Virus record (IMG/VR): IMGVR_UViG_2909298281_000001
Location: 1-15,778 of that record
Length of the DNA: 15,778 nucleotides
Source of the DNA: a virus
Taxonomy: Duplodnaviria > Heunggongvirae > Uroviricota > Caudoviricetes
Strand: one strand, 5' to 3'
Part shown: positions 1 to 7,897 of the stretch, piece by piece
Layout of the letters: each line of letters starts with the position of its first letter
How positions within the stretch are numbered: position 1 is the first letter of the stretch
Notes under the pieces: generated by a model
Database searches by the model: none
What the model was told of the DNA's origin: nothing
Seen by the model: the letters and a program-made list of their open reading frames with translations, nothing else
Translations under genes and position numbers: made by a program

Positions 1-1260
1 ATGAAGCTCAACGCCAGACAGGTCGAGACCGCAAAGCCAAAAGACAAAACCTACAAAATGGCCGATGGTGGTGGTTTGTATCTTGAGGTTTCGGCCAAAG
101 GTTCCAAATACTGGCGCATGAAATACAGACGTCCCTCTGACAAAAAAGAGGATCGTCTCGCGTTTGGTGTTTGGCCTACTGTGACGCTTGCTCAGGCAAG
201 AGCAAAGCGCGATGAAGCCAAAAAGCTGTTAGCGCAGGGCATTGATCCAAAAGCCGAACAGAAAGAGGCTCAGGCCGAGAACTCGGGGGCATATACTTTC
301 GAAACCATTGCTCGTGAATGGCATGCTAGTAACAAGCGATGGAGTGAAGACCATCGATTGCGCGTTCTTCGCTATCTTGAACTTTATATCTTTCCATATA
401 TCGGTTCATCTGACATTCGCCAGCTCAAAACCAGCCACCTGTTAGCCCCTATTAAAAAGGTTGATGCCAGTGGCAAGCATGACGTTGCACAGCGTCTTCA
501 GCAGCGTGTCACGGCTATTATGCGTTATGCCGTGCAGAACGATTATATCGACTTTAATCCAGCCAGTGACATGGCCGGTGCGTTATCGACAACCAAAGCG
601 CGACATTACCCCGCCTTACCCTCCAGCAGGTTCCCTGAGTTTCTTGCTCGTCTTGCTGCATATCGTGGGCGTGTAATGACACGAATTGCGGTTGAGCTTT
701 CGTTACTTACTTTTGTGCGTTCCAGCGAGTTACGTTTCGCGCGTTGGGGTGAATTCGACTTCGATAAATCTCTTTGGCGCATACCTGCAAAACGAGAAGA
801 AATTAAAGGGGTGCGTTATTCGTACCGTGGCATGAAGATGAAAGAGGAGCATATCGTGCCGCTTAGTCGTCAGGCGATGAATTTATTAGACCAGCTAAAG
901 CAGATTAGTGGTGATAAGGAGCTGCTTTTTCCTGGTGATCATGACGCAACTAAGGTTATGAGTGAAAACACAGTAAACAGCGCATTACGTGCAATGGGAT
1001 ATGACACTAAGACTGAAGTGTGTGGACATGGATTTAGAACTATGGCTCGCGGTGCGTTAGGTGAGTCAGGGTTATGGAGCGACGACGCGATAGAACGGCA
1101 GTTAAGTCACTCAGAGCGCAACAATGTGCGTGCTGCATATATTCATACATCAGAACATTTAGAAGAACGACGCCTAATGATTCAATGGTGGGCTGATTAT
1201 CTTGATATGAATAAAACAACTTTCATCACGCCATTCGATTTTGCACGATTAAAAAAGTAA
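1..1260 (+). CDS. int: P4-family tyrosine integrase, 419 aa
   Basis: Full-length ORF. N-terminus MKLNARQVETAKPKDKTYK..GGGLYLEVS is typical of P4/IntS-like integrases. C-terminal catalytic-type motifs HGFRTMARG (HxxR) and RAAYIHTSEH (Tyr region). The window begins at the start codon, so attL and the target tRNA lie upstream, outside the window. Confidence 0.93.
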   Translation: MKLNARQVETAKPKDKTYKMADGGGLYLEVSAKGSKYWRMKYRRPSDKKEDRLAFGVWPTVTLAQARAKRDEAKKLLAQGIDPKAEQKEAQAENSGAYTFETIAREWHASNKRWSEDHRLRVLRYLELYIFPYIGSSDIRQLKTSHLLAPIKKVDASGKHDVAQRLQQRVTAIMRYAVQNDYIDFNPASDMAGALSTTKARHYPALPSSRFPEFLARLAAYRGRVMTRIAVELSLLTFVRSSELRFARWGEFDFDKSLWRIPAKREEIKGVRYSYRGMKMKEEHIVPLSRQAMNLLDQLKQISGDKELLFPGDHDATKVMSENTVNSALRAMGYDTKTEVCGHGFRTMARGALGESGLWSDDAIERQLSHSERNNVRAAYIHTSEHLEERRLMIQWWADYLDMNKTTFITPFDFARLKK

Positions 1261-1393
1261 AAACTTTTGCTGAAGTTTCTAGAAATAAAATTTGCTATAA
1301 ATCGACTATTTAAAACTTGGTGGTTGATTTCAATGTGTATTTGTGTTAATGATCTTTTAAATTGAAAAATATTCATCTCAAGTTGACGATTTT

Positions 1394-2296
1394 ATGGAAA
1401 TATCGAAAAATAAAATTTGGGAAGCCAAAGAATGGGAATCTCATGTAAATGATTTACTCCGACTAAAATTTGGTGAAGTAAATTATATATCTATACCTGA
1501 TTTTCATAATGGGGACGCTGGAATTGAGGGATATTGTGTACAGGGATATGCTTTTCAGTCTTATTGTCCTAATGAGGCATGTACAGTTGATAAGTTGTAT
1601 GAAAAACAAAGAGACAAGATGACCGCGGATGTTGCAAAATTCATTTCAGATAAAAAGGGGTATTTAAAAGAAATTCTACAAAACACCAGAATAAAAAGAT
1701 GGATTTTGGTAGTGCCATCTCACTTATCTAAAAAATTGAATGTTCATGCAACAAAAAAAGAAAGTGAAGTTCTAGCTGCTAAATTACCTTATGTTGATAA
1801 TGATGATTTCAAGGTGCTTATTTGGGATCGAGAAAATTTCAAAAAAGAGGAAGATGAATTAATTAGCAGCGGGCTTAGATTATTGAGGATAGAACTTCCT
1901 GAAGTCGATATTAACGATATTGATAATCTAAAAGATAACAATAGCGAGTTTGGCGATAATATTTCAAGGAAGCTTAGAAAGATAAAAAATGATGAGCGTC
2001 AAGTACAGACAGCTTCAACTGTATTATTAAAAAATATAGTTATGTATAAAAACATCATGAGTGGCCTCAAAGATAACTATCCTAGTTTATATGAAAATAT
2101 AACAAATGGTATACTGGATCGTGAGCAAGATTTGTCCTTGGCTTTTTTTGATTCTGAAAATTTGACTCTGACTCAGCAAATTCAACACCTTAATGATAAG
2201 CTAAAACAGTCTAGCCGTCTTCATCAAGATAATCTAAAATGTATTTCTACCGGAGTGGTTGGTGATTGGCTAATGCGCTGTAATTTGGACTTTTAA
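1394..2296 (+). CDS. Hypothetical protein, 300 aa; first gene of hotspot cargo operon (candidate effector)
   Basis: ATG-initiated 300-aa ORF in a markedly A+T-rich segment. Stop TAA at 2294-2296 lies 2 nt before the next ATG (2299), consistent with an operon. No catalytic motif I can assign with confidence; the stretch IPDFHNGDAGIEGYCVQ could be a degenerate nuclease-like acidic motif but this is speculative. Confidence 0.6.
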   Translation: MEISKNKIWEAKEWESHVNDLLRLKFGEVNYISIPDFHNGDAGIEGYCVQGYAFQSYCPNEACTVDKLYEKQRDKMTADVAKFISDKKGYLKEILQNTRIKRWILVVPSHLSKKLNVHATKKESEVLAAKLPYVDNDDFKVLIWDRENFKKEEDELISSGLRLLRIELPEVDINDIDNLKDNNSEFGDNISRKLRKIKNDERQVQTASTVLLKNIVMYKNIMSGLKDNYPSLYENITNGILDREQDLSLAFFDSENLTLTQQIQHLNDKLKQSSRLHQDNLKCISTGVVGDWLMRCNLDF

Positions 2297-2298
2297 TC

Positions 2299-2763
2299 AT
2301 GGATATTCTAAAAGAAACGCCTGAAAAGATGACTTTTAACTCGACTGGTTCGCCTGTTGAACCCGAATTAAGACCCATCTGGAGAATATCCTTGCTTGCT
2401 ATCATTCTTAAAAAACTATGCAGAGGCTCTTCTGCGAGTTTAAAAAAAATGCAAGTTTTATATTCTTTGATTTCCTCCGCCGATAAAAGAAGTCGGTATT
2501 TCACTGAAGGAGGTAATGCGGATATAAGCATTCGGTTTGATCCTCTCTTAGATAGAGCTATTTCGTTGGGAGTGGCAGAAGGTATATTTACTTTGGATGC
2601 TGCAAAAAGCGTTGTGTTAACCAATAAGGGCACGCTCTTATCTAATAAAATTTACAAAGATTCAACATTATTCGTTTTTGAAAAGGAATTTATCGAGAAC
2701 TATAGTAAATCTGAATTTTCCGATAAAAAGATAGATCAAATATTATACAGGGGAATTATATGA
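2299..2763 (+). CDS. Hypothetical protein, 154 aa; middle gene of hotspot cargo operon
   Basis: ORF tightly packed between flanking genes; its stop TGA (2761-2763) overlaps the ATG of the next gene (2760-2762) as ATGA. AGGGGA Shine-Dalgarno-like sequence at 2748-2753 serves the downstream gene. No recognizable motif. Confidence 0.55.
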   Translation: MDILKETPEKMTFNSTGSPVEPELRPIWRISLLAIILKKLCRGSSASLKKMQVLYSLISSADKRSRYFTEGGNADISIRFDPLLDRAISLGVAEGIFTLDAAKSVVLTNKGTLLSNKIYKDSTLFVFEKEFIENYSKSEFSDKKIDQILYRGII

Positions 2764-3987
2764 GCAAACTTAAGATTGAGAGATTAATTATACGAACAAA
2801 TACTAGTGATGGAATATATGGGACAGACCTTAAATTTGGCTATGGTCTAAATATTATAAGTGCTGAGAACTCTTCTGGTAAATCCACCTGTATACAATCA
2901 ATTATTTATGCACTAGGATTGGAGGGAATATTGGGACCATCCAGAAAAAATCCCTTAAAGTCTGCTCTAACTACTAAATTACGTGATAATAATGATACTG
3001 AAATACCGGTTAATGAATCAAAAATTTATCTCCAACTTTCTAACGAACATTCAAGAAAAATAACTATTTTAAGAAAAAGTGATAGTGATATTTCAAAAAT
3101 CGTTACCGTATATGACTGTGAGTTCGATAAAATCAATCCTCACAAATTTACGGACTATTTTTTGAAAGATCCCGGTTCTGCTCAGCGTGAGAAAGGATTT
3201 CATTATTTTCTTTCGAATTTCTTAGGGATAACACAGCCCGAAGTGATTAAATATGATGGAACCAAGTGTCCACTTTATCTTGAGTCAATATTCACAGTTA
3301 ATTATGTAGAGCAAACAAGAGGTTGGGGTGGGATTCTAAATGTTATTCCTACTTACTTGGGTATTAAGGATTTATCACAAAACGTTCTTGAATATACTCT
3401 TAATTTAGATGTTCGAGAAATAAGAAAGAAACGCGAGATATTTTTAGATGAAAAGAAAAATCTTGAAACTAAATGGGCAAATACAATCTCAGAGTTAGAG
3501 TCTAATGCAAAGGCTTATGGCTTCTTTGTATCAACAAGAATACCTGATAAAATCACTACAAAATCAGATACCTATCAAGATAGTGATTTATATACATTGG
3601 ATGAAAATAATCGTGAGATTTCTTTACCACTATACAAGGCTCATAAAGAGAACGAATTAGAATATATTAGAGCACAATTAAAAAATAACGACATCCCTAA
3701 TGATGGGGTGTTAGATTCTGTTCTTGATAGTCTTCGAGTGAATTTAGCTAATCAAGAATATGCTCTTTCATTATTAATCTCTGACATAGAGTCTAATAAA
3801 CTGTATATAAGTTCAATTAATAAGAGTCTGACTGATACAAAAGAAAGTCTTAGAAAATATAGAGATATTGAAAAGCTTAAGTTATTGGGCTCGCAGGAGG
3901 ATTTTTCTTTTGTCACTGGTAGTTGCCCAACTTGTGGACAAGCCGTTGAAGATACTCTCTTACCAGCGAGCTTTGATGGAAAGACAT

Positions 3988-3996
3988 TAACGGTTG
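3988..3996. repeat. IS1 target-site duplication, left copy (TAACGGTTG)
   Basis: 9-bp TAACGGTTG immediately abuts the IS1 end and is repeated exactly at 4765-4773. Confidence 0.88.
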
Positions 3997-4011
3997 GGTA
4001 ATGACTCCAAC

Positions 4012-4515
4012 TTATTGATAGTGTTTTATGTTCAGATAATGCCCGATGACTTTGTCATGCAGCTCCACCGATTTTGAGAACGACAGCGACTTCCGTCCCA
4101 GCCGTGCCAGGTGCTGCCTCAGATTCAGGTTATGCCGCTCAATTCGCTGCGTATATCGCTTGCTGATTACGTGCAGCTTTCCCTTCAGGCGGGATTCATA
4201 CAGCGGCCAGCCATCCGTCATCCATATCACCACGTCAAAGGGTGACAGCAGGCTCATAAGACGCACCAGCGTCGCCATAGTGCGTTCACCGAATACGTGC
4301 GCAACAACCGTCTTCCGGAGCCTGTCATACGCGTAAAACAGCCAGCGCTGGCGCGATTTAGCCCCGACGTATCCCCACTGTTCGTCCATTTCTGCGCAGA
4401 CGATGACGTCACTGCCCGGCTGTATGCGCGAGGTTACCGACTGCGGCCTGAGTTTTTTAAGTGACGTAAAATCGTGTTGAGGCCAACGCCCATAATGCGG
4501 GCAGTTGCCCGGCAT
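4012..4515 (-). CDS. insB: IS1 transposase InsB reading frame, 167 aa (expressed as InsAB' fusion by -1 frameshift)
   Basis: Translation [25 protein letters not shown]...NIKHYQ matches IS1 InsB as I recall it; position and length are canonical within IS1. Confidence 0.9.
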
Positions 4516-4709
4516 CCAACGCCATTCATGGCCATATCAATGATTTTCTGGTGCGTACCGGGTTGAGAAGCGGTGTAAGTGAACTGCAGTTGCCATGTTT
4601 TACGGCAGTGAGAGCAGAGATAGCGCTGATGTCCGGCGGTGCTTTTGCCGTTACGCACCACCCCGTCAGTAGCTGAACAGGAGGGACAGCTGATAGAAAC
4701 AGAAGCCAC
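4434..4709 (-). CDS. insA: IS1 InsA transposition repressor, 91 aa
   Basis: Translation [43 protein letters not shown]... with zinc-finger CxxC..CxxC and HTH region; canonical IS1 InsA length. Confidence 0.93.
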
Positions 4710-4764
4710 TGGAGCACCTCAAAAACACCATCATACACTAAATCAGTAAGTTGGCAGCATCACC

Positions 4765-4773
4765 TAACGGTTG
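4765..4773. repeat. IS1 target-site duplication, right copy (TAACGGTTG)
   Basis: Exact repeat of 3988-3996 immediately after the IS1 terminal repeat. Confidence 0.88.
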
Positions 4774-5582
4774 AAGATAATATAAAGTATCTAGAAAAAA
4801 CCTATGCAGTATTTGATAGCTTGGCAAAAAGTGAAAAAATAAAATTTGAAAGAAAAGAAGCTGCATTAAAAGTAGCTAATGCTAAAGTTCGAGACTTGCG
4901 TAATCAGATCAAAGAAGTTCAGCGTAGCATATCATCTCCTATAAACTCCGAGCTTAGAGAACTCATAAGAAAGGAAGTTAAACTGGAAAAGGATATCGAC
5001 ATTTTAAACTCACTGGAGGAATTCGAAATTAGTAAAAAAGATACACTTATGGCTGTTCTTTCTGATTGGTATGATTGTAATAATCAACTAACAGTACTTC
5101 CGTATGATGGTTTTAGCAAAGCAGATATATTAAAGTTGAGGTTATTACGTGATTCATTTAAATCAAACTTGGAGGATTTTGGTTATAAAAGTACACCAAT
5201 TGAAGAGTTTGATTTATCGAGAAATACATACAAACCAACTGTCGATGGTATAGATATCGGCTCTGAAGCATCCGCCAGTGATAACATTAGGGTGATTTGG
5301 TCATATTTGTATTCATTGTTGATGTTAGATTCCAGTGCAAGAGATATCTCAACTAATCATTTGGGACTGTTGATTATGGATGAACCAAGACAGCAAGAAA
5401 CTAAAGATGCTAGTTTTAGAACACTAATTAAGAAAGCATCTGAGTCGTATATTCAAGAAAAACAGATTATTATGGGTACTAGTGAAAAATTTACTGATTT
5501 AATTGCCATGCTGGATGGTTTGCATGTGAATCTTTTGCATTTCGATAGTAATATTATCCGTAAACAGTAAATCCCTCAATGT

Positions 5583-5618
5583 CCTGTTGCATCGCTAAAT
5601 ACTTAGCGATGCAACAGG
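5583..5618. terminator. Perfect 16-bp hairpin downstream of the cargo operon (candidate intrinsic terminator)
   Basis: CCTGTTGCATCGCTAA (5583-5598), loop ATAC, TTAGCGATGCAACAGG (5603-5618), 13 nt after the stop at 5570, followed by A+T-rich sequence. The T-run is not immediately adjacent, so efficiency is uncertain. Confidence 0.5.
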
Positions 5619-5811
5619 GGTATATAATTATTTATTTGTGTTGAATATAACTTCATCCTAATTTTTTTGTTTATGAAAAAGTCACTAAGAATAATTCATT
5701 TGGTTCTATTCGTTTTTCATTAAAATATTTAATCGAGATATTCAAAGATTTATATTCTATTTTGTCAATTGAACTGGCTGTAAAAGAGAAATCATTTAAA
5801 GTTGGCGCGCA

Positions 5812-5830
5812 GTGCTTTCCCCGCCTCGCC
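5812..5830 (-). other. cos site (19-nt cohesive end of the P2/P4 family)
   Basis: GTGCTTTCCCCGCCTCGCC on the plus strand is the reverse complement of GGCGAGGCGGGGAAAGCAC, which I recall as the P2/P4 cohesive-end sequence. It sits between the cargo region and psu, where cos lies in integrated P4. Confidence 0.75.
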
Positions 5831-5933
5831 CGCCCGCTTTGCGGGGCGGTTTTAATGCAGTTGCACTGACACGCTCAGGCCGCGCCGGGAATGGCGCGGT
5901 CTGCAGAAAATGAGGCAAGAAAACGCATGCAAA

Positions 5934-5964
5934 GCCATGCACCTTATCGATGCATGGCTTTTTT
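5934..5964. terminator. Hairpin plus T-run downstream of psu (candidate terminator, possibly bidirectional)
   Basis: GCCATGCA (5934-5941), 9-nt loop, TGCATGGC (5951-5958), then TTTTTT (5959-5964) on the plus strand. On the minus strand the same hairpin lies about 30 nt past the psu stop but with a weaker U-tract. Confidence 0.4.
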
Positions 5965-5994
5965 CAGTAAAAACGGGCAGATTTTCGGGGAGTT

Positions 5995-6567
5995 TTACAC
6001 AGACTGATGTGATGCCAGTTGCGCACTTTTACGCGAAAAAATCATGTTCTGCGCAGGGGTGAATTTTTCACGGCTGTCATCCACCGAAGCCGCGTCAGGC
6101 CTGAATCCGATGGTCGTTAAAATGTCGCTATCCTGTGCGGAATAATTAATTTTTTCACCCTTCGCAAGCCAGGACAGGAGGGCTTCACGCAGGGCATCTG
6201 TGGCACGCTGTATGGCACAGTTTCGGGCAATGACCGTCAGTTCACTGTAGCCCATCAGCTCCGGTGCCAGTGCGGCCGCCAGTACTGTGCCGTGCTGCTG
6301 CATAAAATCATTCAGCCGGTCGCGGATGCTGATGTGCTGAACGGCTTCATGCGAACGAATATAACGACCGGCGGCCTGATTCACCTGCCATTTTCTGACT
6401 TCGATAATATTGCGTAATTCGTCCAGGCGACTGACGTTTCTGCCTTCTCCTGACAGAAGCCGCAGGTATTCCTGTTCGGCCGCTGCCAGCTCATTTTTGC
6501 GTTGCAGCCATGCTGCTTTGTTATTCTGATAGGTGTCAAAGGCCTGCTGTAAGGCTGTGCTTTCCAT
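5995..6567 (-). CDS. psu: Psu polarity-suppression protein (capsid decoration / Rho antagonist), 190 aa
   Basis: 190-aa ORF beginning MESTALQQAFDTYQNNKAAWLQRKNELAAAEQEY... Length and sequence character match P4 Psu as I recall it, and it is the last gene of a sid-delta-psu order. Confidence 0.9.
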   Translation of the reverse strand: MESTALQQAFDTYQNNKAAWLQRKNELAAAEQEYLRLLSGEGRNVSRLDELRNIIEVRKWQVNQAAGRYIRSHEAVQHISIRDRLNDFMQQHGTVLAAALAPELMGYSELTVIARNCAIQRATDALREALLSWLAKGEKINYSAQDSDILTTIGFRPDAASVDDSREKFTPAQNMIFSRKSAQLASHQSV

Positions 6568-6640
6568 CGTTATCTCTTTCTCATCATGCTGAAGAATAAA
6601 AATACGGTGTGCGGCGACGGCCGGTGTTAACCGGCAGCCC

Positions 6641-7141
6641 TCATTCCAGACGCAGCGAATATGATTGTGTTTTTAACCGTACTGGCGGCAGTTCCTGTTT
6701 TTCATGCAGGCGTTCTGCCAGTTCGTCCGGTGTGACCGGGCGGACAATGAAGCGGTTGATGGTCTGAAGCGTTTTAAACACCAGACCACAGCCCGGATCC
6801 GTGCACACATAAAAACGCTCGGTGACTTCCTGAGAGAGACGCCGCGATGTTCTTGACAGTGCAAGGCCTTTACATCTCCGACAACAATATCCGGTAACAA
6901 GCATTCTTTTCGGGCGTTTCATACTGCCGGAGGCTGACGTCAGTGAATCGCGGTATCTCTGTTTGCCTGAAATGTATTCCATTCCTGAATCTTTACTGTC
7001 AGAGAAAAAGCTTTCACTCGCTTCAAATGTCGCAGAGCAATAAATATTCCGGCACTGTGCAATCATTATCTTGGTGCCATCGTCCATGAAATGTGCGCGG
7101 CGGGTGTGAGCAACATGTCCACACGACGGGCAGTAAATCAT
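6641..7141 (-). CDS. delta: Delta late-gene transcriptional activator (tandem Ogr-like zinc-finger protein), 166 aa
   Basis: Two Ogr-type cysteine clusters (CPSCGH...CRNIYC and CRRC...CTDPGC) in a 166-aa protein, the P4 Delta length as I recall. ATGA overlap with the sid stop (7138-7141). Confidence 0.9.
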   Translation of the reverse strand: MIYCPSCGHVAHTRRAHFMDDGTKIMIAQCRNIYCSATFEASESFFSDSKDSGMEYISGKQRYRDSLTSASGSMKRPKRMLVTGYCCRRCKGLALSRTSRRLSQEVTERFYVCTDPGCGLVFKTLQTINRFIVRPVTPDELAERLHEKQELPPVRLKTQSYSLRLE

Positions 7142-7872
7142 GACAGCAGTCCTCTGGCCTTAAGCTCTGCTCCCTGCTGGTCTATTTTGTCCTGCCACAC
7201 CTTGCGCTGTGCCGGTGTGCCCGCCACCTCATAATCCATGTGCGGAAGTGTTGCCGCTGACAGTCCGGTCAGCCGGAGAACCGGCTCGCCGGTGAGGCTG
7301 ATTTGCATCTGTTTTATTTTCTGTTCCAGCGATGATTTCACCTGCTGCATGACAGCTTTATCGGGTGCGACGTAGCCCTGATGCCCGGTGGTGTTGGCGA
7401 GCGGATTTTCCTGTACCAGAATGCTCAGATGCATTGCCCGGACAAGCGCCTCACAGGTTTCATTCAGGGCGTGTTCCAGCTCATGCTCTGCATACAGACT
7501 CAGCAGGTGATGATGTGCCTTCCGGTAGGCGGTGGCCGTGCTGTCACACGCCCCTTTCAGGCGTTCACGTTCGAAATTCAGCACCACGGCCAGATTGTCA
7601 TATTCCTGTACCAGCTCCCGGCGTGCCACGCGCTCAATGTGGCGCTGTTTCAGCTCGTCGCTCAGGACACCACCGGCTGCACGAAAGGCCGTGCGCCAGT
7701 CGTCAGCGTCGTTTCCGTCGGCCTGCGCCAGCGCATTTTTTTCCTGCTCTGCCCGTTCAATGGCCGCGACGGTCTCATCCATCAGGCGGGCGTTCTCAAG
7801 ATGGGCGGCTCTGGCCTTTTCCAGTTGTGCCAGTGCGGGTTGCAGATATTCAGGGATAGTGTGGTCAGACAT
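7138..7872 (-). CDS. sid: Sid external scaffold (capsid size determination) protein, 244 aa from the ATG at 7872
   Basis: The track ORF (7138..7890) starts at a GTG. The in-frame ATG at 7870-7872 is preceded on the minus strand by GAGGAG about 8 nt upstream and gives 244 aa, the P4 Sid length as I recall. Coiled-coil-like, alanine-rich sequence. Confidence 0.85.
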   Translation of the reverse strand: MSDHTIPEYLQPALAQLEKARAAHLENARLMDETVAAIERAEQEKNALAQADGNDADDWRTAFRAAGGVLSDELKQRHIERVARRELVQEYDNLAVVLNFERERLKGACDSTATAYRKAHHHLLSLYAEHELEHALNETCEALVRAMHLSILVQENPLANTTGHQGYVAPDKAVMQQVKSSLEQKIKQMQISLTGEPVLRLTGLSAATLPHMDYEVAGTPAQRKVWQDKIDQQGAELKARGLLS

Positions 7873-7897
7873 TTTCCGGCTCCTCGTCACTTCAGGT

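Larger units (their letters stand above)
3997..4764 (-). mobile_element. IS1 insertion sequence, complete 768 bp
   Basis: Terminal inverted repeats GGTAATGACTCCAACTTATTGATAG (3997 onward) and ..AGTAAGTTGGCAGCATCACC (ending 4764). Contains insA and insB on the minus strand with the A-run frameshift window near 4451-4460. Length exactly 768 bp, flanked by a 9-bp direct repeat. Confidence 0.95.
2760..5570 (+). pseudogene. SMC/Rad50-like ABC ATPase gene split by IS1 (N-part 2760..3996, C-part 4774..5570; intact form would encode 677 aa)
   Basis: N-part carries Walker A AENSSGKS (G-K-S codons at 2877-2885). Long charged, likely coiled-coil middle region with a CPTC (CxxC) motif at 3924-3935. C-part carries Walker B-like LLIMDEP (D-E codons 5379-5384). 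Removing IS1 plus one copy of the 9-bp duplication joins the two ORFs in frame (..KTLTV-E-DNIKYLEKTYAVFDSLAKSEKIKFE..); the current ORF ends at a TAA created inside the IS1 terminal repeat (3999-4001). Confidence 0.8.

Noticed and set aside
242-676. Two plus-strand ORFs (67 and 71 aa) inside int
   Set aside because: Alternate frames nested in the integrase gene; no independent support.
1261-1393. Attempt to define a sigma-70 promoter for the cargo operon in the int-cargo intergenic region
   Set aside because: Several weak -35/-10 combinations exist (e.g. TTGATT at 1324-1329 with AATGAT 18 bp downstream) but none is convincing; the region is A+T-rich so matches are expected by chance. Left unannotated.
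2247-2633. 128-aa minus-strand ORF in the cargo operon
   Set aside because: Antisense to the 3' end of the 300-aa gene and to the 154-aa gene; the plus-strand genes show operon-style coupling. Cannot be fully excluded but there is no supporting signal.
4046-4336. 96-aa plus-strand ORF inside IS1
   Set aside because: Antisense to insB within a well-defined IS1; not a known IS1 gene.
4526-4738. 70-aa minus-strand ORF overlapping insA
   Set aside because: Alternative frame of the insA region; insA (91 aa) is the supported reading frame.
7138-7890. GTG start at 7890 for sid (250 aa, as in the ORF track)
   Set aside because: The in-frame ATG at 7872 has a GAGGAG ribosome-binding site at proper spacing and gives 244 aa; the upstream GTG would place the start inside the predicted promoter/leader.
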